Shown here: positions 34,864-45,670 of the stretch, one piece after another | Layout of the letters: each line of letters begins with the position of its first letter | How positions within the stretch are numbered: the first letter of the stretch is position 1 | Source: Flectonema sp. DT1601 | Lineage: Eukaryota | NCBI GenBank assembly: GCA_964019425.1 | Contig: OZ025791.1 | Coordinates: forward strand, 992,001 to 1,056,000 | Direction of reading: 5' to 3' | DNA length: 64,000 nt | The notes under the pieces: generated by a model | Database searches by the model: none | What the model saw: the letters and a program-made list of their open reading frames with translations, nothing else | Told to the model about the DNA's origin: nothing | Made by a program: the position numbers and the translations under genes

Positions 34864-36165
34864 TTATGTATGCTCGTCAGAGACAATAACAGAATTATCA
34901 GGCATGAAGTATTCCATGTAACTTTTTAAAGTGCTGACAGGGACAGCTTTGTGACTGATAGGCTGAGGTGTAGACCGACGACTTGCAGGAGTAGACTGCT
35001 GATGACGTGGTTTAGTTGGTCGCAAACAAGTTGGGAGATTGTTAGGTGACGGTGTCAACGGTCGCAATGGATGGTACGAACGATAAGTTCTCATTCCGTG
35101 CATGGAACAGATATTCCGTGAAGAGAGATTACTGTTGGGTGATTGTTTTGAAGTGTACAGACCCAATCCCTTTCCGTCACTCAGATCCAAAGTGGGCAGA
35201 TGACTAACTATCAATTCCCTTCGTCGTATTTTGCTGTGCATCAGCCTACTTAGAACCAAACCATATATTGAAGCAGGTGTTTCATTCATAATGGAATCTG
35301 ATTGTGAGATTGAAGTACCGTCTTTCCTTACCAGACTACCATGCTTATTGAGATCACTTAAAGTAATAATATTCTCATTCATGTCGTTAGTACAATAATC
35401 ATTGAAACCATCTGACTGCAAGGTATGATTTTGCTGTTGCTTATCAAGTTTACGAGAAGCATCTTCTTCGAGCAGTGCAGCTACAAGCTCACCATTCTGC
35501 TGTGGAAGTGTGATAAAAGTAACTGGCAAGCCGTCTGTCGGTCTAAAATTCTCATCACGCACAGTTTGATCCATCCCGTCCAGCGTGAATGGAATCACCT
35601 CATTTGTGTCAGTAACTTGCACAAATCCTTTGTCACCCATGCCTATGAGCACTGTGCCCGATTGCCGCATCATACCGCAGGTATATCTGTCACTTAATGA
35701 TATTTGCTTCATTTCCGTAACTGGCAGCAGTGTGTTATTTTGTATCCCCTGAATACATTCAACCCGGAATTGAACTTCGTTACTTAATGCTGACACATAC
35801 CGCTTGCTAAAGGGATGTTTATTCACCCGCCCCTTTAGGTGTTCGCCAACTGGTAGTTTGTCAACCGGAAAACCATCAAAACGGAATCCTCGTACTCCGA
35901 ATTCGAGGCTTGCACGGTTTTCTCTGTAGACTTCAGCTTTCGGTCCCAGAAATTCTGTAGTAACGAGATCCTCTACTGCAGCTTCCACTGATCCAATCAG
36001 AAGCCCCATTTTCTTAACACTCTCTTCTTTTTGCCACGGGGACCGCTTTCGCGGAATGGGGCCTATAAAACTCCATTCAGAACCCAACAATCTCGTCCCA
36101 CAGCAAGTTTTAATAGATTTTGAAGAACATCTCGATCGCGGAGTGCTTGTTGGTCGTTCTTTCAT
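34864..36165 (-). CDS. Hypothetical protein; 5' end possibly damaged next to the LINE relic
   Basis: 433-aa ORF on the gene strand with no recognised family. Confidence 0.55.
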   Translation of the reverse strand: MKERPTSTPRSRCSSKSIKTCCGTRLLGSEWSFIGPIPRKRSPWQKEESVKKMGLLIGSVEAAVEDLVTTEFLGPKAEVYRENRASLEFGVRGFRFDGFPVDKLPVGEHLKGRVNKHPFSKRYVSALSNEVQFRVECIQGIQNNTLLPVTEMKQISLSDRYTCGMMRQSGTVLIGMGDKGFVQVTDTNEVIPFTLDGMDQTVRDENFRPTDGLPVTFITLPQQNGELVAALLEEDASRKLDKQQQNHTLQSDGFNDYCTNDMNENIITLSDLNKHGSLVRKDGTSISQSDSIMNETPASIYGLVLSRLMHSKIRRRELIVSHLPTLDLSDGKGLGLYTSKQSPNSNLSSRNICSMHGMRTYRSYHPLRPLTPSPNNLPTCLRPTKPRHQQSTPASRRSTPQPISHKAVPVSTLKSYMEYFMPDNSVIVSDEHT

Positions 36166-36269
36166 TTAATCCTGGTGAAGAGAGAAATCGTGTCTGCGCC
36201 TCTAGACAGAAATCAGGGTCCCATTATAATAAACTCATGCAAACTCAAAGTTAAAGGCCACACAAAATG

Positions 36270-37490
36270 CCTCCGCTACTTGCAGGAATTACAAGCGGAG
36301 AGAGCACAGGTGAAGGAGCTTAATCACTTGAGGGCGGATGAAGATGACGTTGCGATGGCAGTCGTACAACGGGAAGTCGCATCGGATGATAATCTCCATC
36401 TGAATATGATGCGTGAACTGGAAGGGGACAAGAAAAAGAGCTCGAAGGTAGTTACTGAAGCTCAACTGAGAGGGAGTGTCTTAGGACTCAGATGACGAAG
36501 GAGGCGGGTAAGCTTGCATTCGTTCAAGGGAAATTCGAAAATGATGCCCTGAAAGAGGAGGCCTTGGTGATGAGACTGGAGCTGGTGCCGGAGTACTGGC
36601 CGGATAACATGGTATTGTCAGAGGCTAGCGACAAAGCTGGTGGGAGAGGAGTGTACCTCACAACCACGAAGGAAGTAAGAAGGAGAATGGCTGGGGTCGA
36701 GCTGGATGCCTGGAAGTCGCTGACCTTGATAACGATTTGCAGATAAGGAGTCCTCCTTTGGTAGGCGGAGCCTACCAAATGTTTCCGTGTTTTTCCAATT
36801 GTCAGACTTAAGTCAAAAAGAAAGTATAAAAGAAAGACAAACATAGAAGTGAAAAAAAGAAAAGAGTCTGGTAGCACAAACGAGTGTAACCAAAAGAAGA
36901 AAAGAAAAGCCCTTTGTTGCCAGGGCCGAATAGGAGAAAAGATGGTCCTTCTTGCAAACCGAATGTAATCAGTTGGAATTGCCGCACCATCTCGAACAAA
37001 ATGGAGTTCATTGGACACATCCTGAGTAAGCTTGGCCCCGACGTACTATGCCTTCAGAAGACTTCTTGCAGGATGGCATTGTCCCATTGGAATTACGTTT
37101 GCTACAGGAGGGATAGGCCAGGAAGGGGAGGAGGCCTGATCTCTTTAATAAAACGAGGGATTTAACATGATTGCTTTGATATCTCCACACCGTCGATGAG
37201 AGGAACTGTTGAGTCGATGGGTCAGAATTAACGAAGACGTAAGTATTCTCAACATCTACTCCCCACCGAGCTCGAGGATTAATTTTAAACTATTCTCCCT
37301 GAAACGTGTTGGGAAGTTCATACTCGCTGGTGACTTCAACGCACACGGTCCAAGAAAACCGACGTAAAAGGCTGTGACCTTCTCAGCTGGACAGGGCAAG
37401 AGGACCTCCTGATTGCGAACCCGCCAGGTCTAGCGACATTGCCGAGACATGGGACCTCGCCCGATCTGATCCTGCACGTCGAAGGCGACA
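36270..37490 (+). mobile_element. Degenerate non-LTR retrotransposon fragment: ORF1-like region plus APE endonuclease, with no RT
   Basis: VISWNCR..PDVLCLQKT..YRRDRPGRGGGL..LNIYSPP..ILAGDFNAH..TSPDLIL, broken by stops and frameshifts. Upstream is a coiled-coil ORF1-like region with a KCFR knuckle remnant near 36780. The left boundary is approximate. Confidence 0.85.
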
Positions 37491-37494
37491 CACT

Positions 37495-37722
37495 CTCAAG
37501 AGTAGTCACCGCATCGATATTCCCACGAGATAAATCATCGATCACTGTGACGTGATATCCAACTTCTAAAGGTCTCATCGCTGCATGAGAACCAATATAA
37601 CCACCCCCTGTTACTAGGTTGTGTCCCTTTGTTGGAAATACCTGCGCGGGTGAGGGTTGTTGTTTTAGAATGCACCAATACACCAGCAGTGTCACTACTG
37701 CTGCAAGTATGGTGGCATTCAT
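37495..37722 (-). pseudogene. 5' fragment of a membrane-anchored NDP-sugar 4-epimerase (UDP-arabinose/UDP-glucose 4-epimerase-like)
   Basis: TM segment, then HNLVTGGGYIGSHAAMRPLEVGYHVTVIDDLSRGN (the Rossmann GGAGYIG motif lacking one codon). Homology ends at the LINE junction. Confidence 0.8.
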
Positions 37723-38221
37723 GCGAACGTTTTTTGTCTGATGAGAGAGTGATAACAACTACTAAGACTAACTAAATTCAACCACTGCCACACAACATGA
37801 TGATTCTGTTTACGAACAAGGGTAACAATTAGTCGGCAGCAATCTCGCAACGAGTGTCAACAACAAACACGATAGCTTCCTAGACCTAGCTAGTGTTATA
37901 GTGAAAGTTTTAAAATACGCAAAGGAAACCAGCAGCCAGAACCTCAATACGATATATAATCGGATAAAAGATGTGAGGTAATTAAATTGAGAAATAAAAC
38001 AAACACAATGACCAAAACCCATAGAAATGGAAGTCAACACGTCAGCGGTTGATTTCACTCCAAAGTCATAGAAATGACTTTTTTAAAATTCGGAGCAAAA
38101 AAAAGAAGGAAGGAAGGAAGGAAGGAAAAAAAGAATAGAAACGTAAAATACAATATTTTATAAACGAAAGTACAAAAACAGCAACTAGTGTAACCTTGTA
38201 AGGTCATTCTTGATACAATAT

Positions 38222-39019
38222 TTATATCGGTGGGAAACTAACTGCTTCCTTCTCTCTCTTATATTTCTTGGTACATGGATGATGTACAATAAAGTTACAC
38301 TTAGTGAGAAGATTCGAATATTTTGATCTCGCTGGTCGTGTATCCGATTGGGGAATACCTTTCCTACTTGCAGAATGTTGATTATTGTAAGGAGGGAAGA
38401 CGTGTTTTAAAAAATCAACAAATTCGGTGAATGTGAGGCGGCAATCTGCATCAGAGTCGGATAGAAGAAACATTTCTAATAATTCCTCATTTGATACATC
38501 TGTTTGGTGTGTTACGTAATGTTGAATGTCGTGAAAGGAAAGTGTCTCTACACCCAACTCAGAAGTAAGTTGCTTCCACATCTCAGAAATCTCTTGCATG
38601 TGATCGATGTGTAATTCCGAAATTGGTTGACATTTAGTATTAGATAAGTTTAATAAAAACTTTAACCTTCTTGGTGAAGCCTTTGGACAAACTTCATAAA
38701 TTAATTTCAAAACATCATCTCTGTGTATTACCTCACTCTGACCTCTAACAACAATCATTGATTTCCTCGATTGGACTTCCGGAAATCGAACCACAACATC
38801 GTCTTCGGCTGGTGACTGAGAGGGTGGCAGTTCAACTTTTATTTTTTTCCTCCCTCTTTTCTCTGCTTTGTAGGATGGCTTCAGACCGTCCAACCAAGTC
38901 TTATAGTCTTCAATAACACCGTCCCCAAGAGTAAGAGGTTTTAAGTGGACTTTAAGCTCTGATTTTTTTCTGAATATTTTTCCACATCCGCAAGTCTTCT
39001 CCTCACATCTATAGTGCAT
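38222..39019 (-). CDS. EF-hand-containing protein with a zinc-finger-like N-terminus
   Basis: MFLLSDSDADCRLTFTEFVDFL is an EF-hand; YRCEEKTCGCGKIFRKKSELKVH is C2H2-like. Confidence 0.7.
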   Translation of the reverse strand: MHYRCEEKTCGCGKIFRKKSELKVHLKPLTLGDGVIEDYKTWLDGLKPSYKAEKRGRKKIKVELPPSQSPAEDDVVVRFPEVQSRKSMIVVRGQSEVIHRDDVLKLIYEVCPKASPRRLKFLLNLSNTKCQPISELHIDHMQEISEMWKQLTSELGVETLSFHDIQHYVTHQTDVSNEELLEMFLLSDSDADCRLTFTEFVDFLKHVFPPYNNQHSASRKGIPQSDTRPARSKYSNLLTKCNFIVHHPCTKKYKREKEAVSFPPI

Positions 39020-39958
39020 GAGACGACAATTGCTATTTCAGAGCAACTGTGAGGGTGAGAGATCCTTTATAATACAACAAACGTTCAATAATTCCTGAGG
39101 GGGTGAAGTACAATGGGGATAAAGAACTACTAACATAGGGATTTACGAGTTAGAAACCCTTTACGACCCTTTCCCAGTCGTGAGTTGCAGTCATGTGATT
39201 ATATGTTGAAGAAGATATTAATTATTGAAAAAAAAAAATTTTTTTTTTTTAAAAATAAACTTGTAGATCAAACACAAAGAAAATAGTCCATCCCGCAATG
39301 AAACTGGTTAGTTACACTAAGGTATGAACCAGGGCAGCAAAACTGGGCAAGTTTGAGCCTTTTGGGTAGCAGGTGGGATGTTATTAAAAAGAAACTCGCG
39401 TTTTTCTAACAAAATATTTATAAACGCGGAGGTGGAAAAAAAAGCTGCTTAGAGGACACGAGAAAGGCTCCACGCAAATTACTTTTAAATCGGAAAATAA
39501 AAAGAAAATCAACTCACGCGTGAAAAAAAAAAAAAAATATACAAAAGAAACTTTAAAACAGGTGACAACTTTGACTCAAATCTCTAATAGAAAATTGTCA
39601 CGACAGAGCATCGACATCGTTCACTTACGCGAGTACATTCCAAGTACACAGTATAACGCTGTGAGAAGTTAAAGAAGATAGCTGCGTACATTGCTACTTC
39701 AATATCTTTCTTTGTTTTCGATTCACATTGTCATAAGTCCACACCACTATTTAGTGGAGAATATGTGTGTGCCCTACACAAGTGTAAACAACAAGGATAC
39801 TACCGCGTCCATCGATACTCTTAAAAAGATTTGACTTGATCGTAAATCTAAAGCAAGGTTACCGTAATAATCTACGCTTGTTGTTTACGAAAATCAACTA
39901 AATCTGACAAAAGAAAAAATGGGGGAGGAGGAGCAAATCAAGAAATGTTGTTACAAAC

Positions 39959-41959
39959 TTAGCACTCAGGGAATGAAAGACATCCAGCCTTCCAGGCTGG
40001 TTCATCAGGTTGGATGGCACCAATGTTCTTCGACTTCACAGATCCGTGAGAGATTCCCTTCATGTACATAGGTGAGGTTGGTTTGGGTGCGAAGTTGCCG
40101 TTCTCCGGATCTTCCAATTGCATCGCAGGAAGTTGAACCTGGAGGATGGCATCCGTGAAGACAGCTGTCTTGTTTAGTGGAGGACCTCCTTTAGTGTCAA
40201 CTACATTGGCAACGATGTTGAAAAACGTGGAGTGGATGTTTTGCGGAACACATGGTCCCCTTCCTGGATTTCCACATGAAGGTGGAGGCGGACCGTATGT
40301 TGTAAAAGGAACGAACTCTCCCTGGCCACGTTCTGTGCTGACATTAAAGATTGTAAGGTCATAGACAAGATGGTAATCTCCCTTCAGAATTAAACCGGCC
40401 GAAGCGTCGCCGCAGATTGGATCGCGAAGAGGATTTCCACAATTGTACATAATGTTGTTATTCATCGTGATGTTCAGACTCGCATCATCACCTCTCATAC
40501 ACTTCTCACGACAGTCATGAACAATATTGTGATGGAATGATTTGGTACAGTTACTAGCACTACGGTTGTACATACATGGTGTTGGTAAGTTATCAGCGTG
40601 AATACCTGCATGATCACAACCAATCATTCCTCCTTTGCTGACATGTGCGTACGAAACCTCACAACTCAACTGCGAAGTGACGATACCGGAGTTCCCAAAG
40701 TCAGTGACAGTCACACGAGTGATCACATTGTCGGTACCCATCACCATGGTCAACTTGTCTGGAGTACCACCAAGCCAGTGACCACAGTGTTTCAAATCAG
40801 TACGGTATGGAGCGATTTCGTTTGTTGGGCTGTCGTCAATTCCGTTACCGCAGTTTGAAGGTCCAAATCCGATTTGGAGAGGAGGGAAGTCCAGAGTACC
40901 TAACCAGTCAGTGCTAACGATCAACACGTCTTCAATCAGGTTCCTCGATCCGATTACGAGAATACCTCCATGATTGCTGTACTTTAAACTAATCTTACGA
41001 AGAGTGTTATCATCACCGTGCATCATTGTGATGTTTGGCATAGGACCAGATGGGATTTCTAAGAATTCAATTCTCCTGGTGTACGAAGGGTACGTAAGAA
41101 CTAAGTCAGTAGCTGAGCAGCCAGTACAATTCTGCATGGTGAAAGTGCATCCGAAGAACGACGATGATGCAACCTCAAGGGGTCCAGTTTTTTGGGAACC
41201 GTAGAAACATAAGTCGCGCATCTTCATCGAGACACGAGTTCCTGGAGGCTTGCTGTCAGGTGTCCAGACGTATAATTTCCATTCCTTTGTGTCCAGAAAC
41301 CACTCTCCAGGGGCATCCAATGCAGCAAGAATGCCAGAAAGAAAATAACGACTTCCGACGTAGGCTCCGATAGCACGAGGCTTCTCGTTTGGAAGCGGGA
41401 GGGTGTAGTTGAAAGTACCCGCAGAGGCATTGTAGTCCAGCACAGTTCGAGTGTAGGTAAAGATTCTCTTGTCAGAGTTGAGTGTGGCTATAGCTCCATT
41501 CCAATCGATCCCAGTCTTATTGAGGTCAGGATCGTATATCTGACCGTAGCGCGTTCCCTTGGCAGCCTCCTTCCATGCCTTCGATACATCGAGCATGTCT
41601 TCGAGGTTAGCGTTTGGCCATCTAGCCTCGCTGATGAAAGACTCGTCAACGAACAGCTGCTGAGTGTCGAAGTGAAGCGGTTCTGGAAGGTCCTGCACAT
41701 AGATATCTCCCTTCCATACCTTCCAGTTGTCAGGCACTGCTTCCGTCCCATCGAACTTCGTCTGGTCAGGTCCGGATCCTTCAATTCGAACACCCTTTGA
41801 ACTCCTCACTGATTCTTTCCATACTCCAGTACCTACTTTACAAGTGTCTCCTTCTGCTGCTCCATCAACACATTCTTGAACCGACTTGAAATCACCAGTC
41901 GCCTTGTCGACGGTGTGCACTGCCGCAAGCACGGCAGACACGAATGCCGTTTGTAACAT
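39959..41959 (-). CDS. Secreted right-handed parallel beta-helix (pectin-lyase fold) protein, probable carbohydrate-active enzyme
   Basis: Signal peptide, DFKSVQECVD, QLFVD..EARWPN and LDAPGEWFLD..KLYV motifs, followed by Asn-ladder repeats. Confidence 0.82.
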   Translation of the reverse strand: MLQTAFVSAVLAAVHTVDKATGDFKSVQECVDGAAEGDTCKVGTGVWKESVRSSKGVRIEGSGPDQTKFDGTEAVPDNWKVWKGDIYVQDLPEPLHFDTQQLFVDESFISEARWPNANLEDMLDVSKAWKEAAKGTRYGQIYDPDLNKTGIDWNGAIATLNSDKRIFTYTRTVLDYNASAGTFNYTLPLPNEKPRAIGAYVGSRYFLSGILAALDAPGEWFLDTKEWKLYVWTPDSKPPGTRVSMKMRDLCFYGSQKTGPLEVASSSFFGCTFTMQNCTGCSATDLVLTYPSYTRRIEFLEIPSGPMPNITMMHGDDNTLRKISLKYSNHGGILVIGSRNLIEDVLIVSTDWLGTLDFPPLQIGFGPSNCGNGIDDSPTNEIAPYRTDLKHCGHWLGGTPDKLTMVMGTDNVITRVTVTDFGNSGIVTSQLSCEVSYAHVSKGGMIGCDHAGIHADNLPTPCMYNRSASNCTKSFHHNIVHDCREKCMRGDDASLNITMNNNIMYNCGNPLRDPICGDASAGLILKGDYHLVYDLTIFNVSTERGQGEFVPFTTYGPPPPSCGNPGRGPCVPQNIHSTFFNIVANVVDTKGGPPLNKTAVFTDAILQVQLPAMQLEDPENGNFAPKPTSPMYMKGISHGSVKSKNIGAIQPDEPAWKAGCLSFPEC

Positions 41960-43550
41960 TTTGTATGAAGCTTACTGTTGGGGGAGGAGGATTGTGTTTA
42001 TATGAACTCAGATGACAGTATTGTTGGGAATCCCATTCGATTCAGGTTTGTTGTCCGTTAACGTGCTCTGGATATGATGACCTGCTGTGAGAAGAAGGAA
42101 TAAAAAAAACAAGACGGTAAGAGAAGTAACACACATGCACAGTATTCAACGGCGCTCCAAAGTTTTTTATTATTTTCTGAACCACTAATAAAAACAAAGG
42201 CAAGGCGCAAATAAACATGAAATACTTTCAGAAGCCTGCAGCTACTGATTTTCTTTTTTTTTTTTTTTTTTTTTTTTCTTCCTCGCGCTCACCCCTCTGT
42301 TGTTCATCACAAAAAGATGGGGAAATAAAAAAAAAAAATAAAAAAAGGTAAATAATAATGAGAAAAGGGGGGCTTGGGGGGGGGAAATTATGGAAAAAAA
42401 AGAAAATGTCGTTGCTTTGTCATACTGTGGAATGACAAACTACGACAACTAAACAAAATAATAACATCGGTTGCTTCGCTGGGTAGGTCTGCTTTAAATT
42501 TTATCATCAAATTCAAGTAATTAATAATTAATAAACGGGTTCTCTACTTGCTTCGTTTATTATTACTTTGCCAAAAATAACAATTTCCTTGTTTTTTTTT
42601 TTTTGTTTTTTTTTAAAATGTCTTCTTTTGTTTTCTACTCCCAAAAAAGTTTGTTTTTTTGTGAACCGAAATGAGCCTCACATTCAACAGTTTCTACGTT
42701 AGGCATGTGTTAATGAGAGTAAAAAAAAAAACAAAAATAAAGTTAAATTTCTCAATAAATAGAAAGTTACACTCTGAAGTAAATAAATAAACGTCTGCCT
42801 ACTGTTGAGGCTGAAGAAACTAAAAAAGTTAGGAATAACCGATGCTTTTTGTGTAGCATTCTTTTCATGTTTTAATAAATTTGCTCCCTCTCTCTCTTTT
42901 TTTTTTTCTTTTTTTTTTTGTTGTTGTTTACGCACAAGAACAGTCATCGCTTTGGTTCCCACACTCCTGATGAAAACGAGGCGGCGGGGGGGGGGAAATG
43001 AATAAAAAAAATGACAAAGACAGAAAAAGGAGAAAAAGAGGAAGAAAGAAAAAAAAAAAAAAAAAAGAGGGGGAGTGAAGTAAATGATCAGACTGAGAAT
43101 GGTCCGGCCGCGAAACAATAATTGGATTTTGAAACTTACCTCAAACACTGCCTTGCTTTTTTTTTTTTTTTTTTTTTTAAATTATGTTTTTTTTCTTTTT
43201 TGCATATTTTGTTTTTTTATGCTCGCAGGGAATGCCCAGCTGCCAACAGTCATCCTTTCAAGTGACTTCGGGAACAGGCTATCGGATTGAGCCTACAGGC
43301 CAAACACACGGTCTCCAATTGTTCCAGTTTTTGGCTTTTTCGGAGCTCTATTTGTGAAGCGTTGCAGCAGAGTGAAAATAAGTAGGAAGATAGAAGAATG
43401 CGGTACTTGACAGCGAATGGTATCTTTTCAACCTTGTCATATCAAGTCTCCATCAAGCAAAGTAATTTGCTATTCGTGTGGATGGCACAGTTAGCGCGGC
43501 AACTAGTTAGGCCTACTGATGTTGAATCGTTTCTTTTATTTCTCTCAATT

Positions 43551-45101
43551 CTATTCCTCGCAACATGCTTTTCGAATATCGTGTACCAGATGCCTTATGT
43601 CGTCTTCAGAGAGGTTTCTTGAAAATCTTTCACCATTCCATCCGTACTTATCGCTCTGCATAATTGTTGATACTGCTGCTCCCTTTTCAGATTTGACTAC
43701 TTCGCGAAAGACTTCCAGAAGAGGTTGGGCAGCAGAGGTTGTTGTAGCACCAGGTTGACTGGCAACACTCGACAGTAAATCAACTAACTGATCAACTTCA
43801 TAAGGAAGAGCATTCTGTTGGAATACGACATCCTCTTCAGTACTTTGTGGATTCAAAGTCCCTTCGAAACCAGTTCTAGAAATCCCTTCTGTGTCCTTAG
43901 CAAGAGAACCAGCCTCTTGCTTTGCTGCCTGTAGTGCAGCACGAAGTTCTCTGGTCATCGTGCTTGGGTTTCGCTTGTGAAATAGAATTGTCTCTTCATA
44001 GAGAGCTCGTTTGATTCCCTCAATAGTATCGAGATCACCATCATTTATATTTAAATCAAAGTGAGTTACTCTGCCACAATCTTCATCGTCTTCGTCGTGT
44101 AGCTGAGCTAAGAATGGATGTGTCAAGGCTTCTTCAACAGTTATTCTATCTGCGGGATTGAAAACAAGCATATTATCTATTATATTGAGAGCATGTACAC
44201 CTAAAGGTTCATCTCGAATATGAGGGAATCGGGTATTCCAATCCGTCCGTTCTCTTCTTCCTTTTTTACAATCAACTCCAATGTATCTTTGGGTGACGTA
44301 CTTACGAGCAGCGTTGCTGCCAGACATGGCGTCGGATGTCTCTGGGGATCCAACAACTTCAATAATCTTATCAATTTGATTGATTCGGTCGACACCTCTG
44401 AATAGTTGTTTGCTACCAAACATTTCAGCTAATATACATCCAACACCCCACATGTCTACAGCATGAGAATATTCTTTTGATTCCATAACAAGCTCCGGTG
44501 CTCTGTACCACCTCATAGTAACGTAATCTGTCATGTAAGGGTCGTCTTCCTTTGCTTCACGTGCAAGTCCAAAGTCACAAATCTTAATGTCTAGTGTGGC
44601 GTAATTTACTAAAATGTTTGATGGAGTGATATCTCTGTGAATAACTGATGCTGCTTTCATAGTCTTCAGTCCCGATAGAATCTGATAAAGCATGTACTGA
44701 ACCTGAACAAGTGATAACGACTGACCAGATTTTAAAATACTTCGAAGATCTGAGTCAGCGAGTTCCATAACAATCCAAAGTTCTTCGAAATTAACAGATC
44801 GAGGAGTAATTAAATTTAGTAGTCCTATTATGTTGTCAGCTCTCTCTTCACCAATTACTTCCTTGTGAAAGTGTGCCAACAGTTTTACTTCTCGTAGTAT
44901 TCTCTTTGCTAATTCCGGTCTTTGAAAAATAACCGGACTGATTTTCTTTAATGCAACCGCTTCTCCTGTTTTCGTGTCAACACCCTTCAGTACAACTCCA
45001 TAGCTACCCGCTCCTACTATTTTTAGTAAGCGGTATCTCGGATCTAACTCTTGCAGCTCCGTTGAGAGTTTACCGATATCAGCACCCTTACCTGCCGACA
45101 T
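43551..45101 (-). CDS. MPK3: Mitogen-activated protein kinase, TDY type, resembling kinetoplastid MPK3
   Basis: GAGSYGVV, VALKK, HRDITPSNIL, DFGLA and MTDYVTMRWYRAPELVME motifs. Confidence 0.9.
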   Translation of the reverse strand: MSAGKGADIGKLSTELQELDPRYRLLKIVGAGSYGVVLKGVDTKTGEAVALKKISPVIFQRPELAKRILREVKLLAHFHKEVIGEERADNIIGLLNLITPRSVNFEELWIVMELADSDLRSILKSGQSLSLVQVQYMLYQILSGLKTMKAASVIHRDITPSNILVNYATLDIKICDFGLAREAKEDDPYMTDYVTMRWYRAPELVMESKEYSHAVDMWGVGCILAEMFGSKQLFRGVDRINQIDKIIEVVGSPETSDAMSGSNAARKYVTQRYIGVDCKKGRRERTDWNTRFPHIRDEPLGVHALNIIDNMLVFNPADRITVEEALTHPFLAQLHDEDDEDCGRVTHFDLNINDGDLDTIEGIKRALYEETILFHKRNPSTMTRELRAALQAAKQEAGSLAKDTEGISRTGFEGTLNPQSTEEDVVFQQNALPYEVDQLVDLLSSVASQPGATTTSAAQPLLEVFREVVKSEKGAAVSTIMQSDKYGWNGERFSRNLSEDDIRHLVHDIRKACCEE

Positions 45102-45670
45102 CTTTTCCTTTGAGTTTTGCTATGAAGGAATGAAATGTATTAAAACAGAAAAAACAGGAATGCCTTAGTATTAAGTTCAATCCTCCCTCCTCGAAGTCAT
45201 ATTTCAGGACTTTGTGTGCTGTAAGATGAGATAAAATATATTGTTTTTTTTTTTTGTTTTTGCAACAAAAGGAAAACAGAGGAGATAAATAAGTAATCAG
45301 ATGTGAAGCATCCTGTTGTGTGGAGCAGTTAAAAATTAGAGCGGCGCAATGTCACCAATCATGCGAGTTTTCTTCATCTGACTGAAGTGTACTTCACTGA
45401 AGGCAATCGCGCCAGCGTCCAATTGCTTTTATTAGTTGTTGTTATCGTTCGATGTGTCATTCGCACAGAAGGAAAAGAATAGTCAAATGTCATAACACAG
45501 TCACCTGTGCGTTAGATGATGTTGTATTCGTGACCTTCTCACAAGTTTAGTTAAAATGGAACAAAAAAAAAAGTTATCCGACACGAGTAACATCAAAACA
45601 TTACCCGTCATACATAACAAGAAATAAAATAAAATAAAACAAAAAAGAAATTCGGTTGTGTAAAAGACAG

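Noticed and set aside
42200..43300. Short Phe/Lys-rich ORFs here and in other intergenic regions
   Set aside because: Products of poly-A and poly-T homopolymers.
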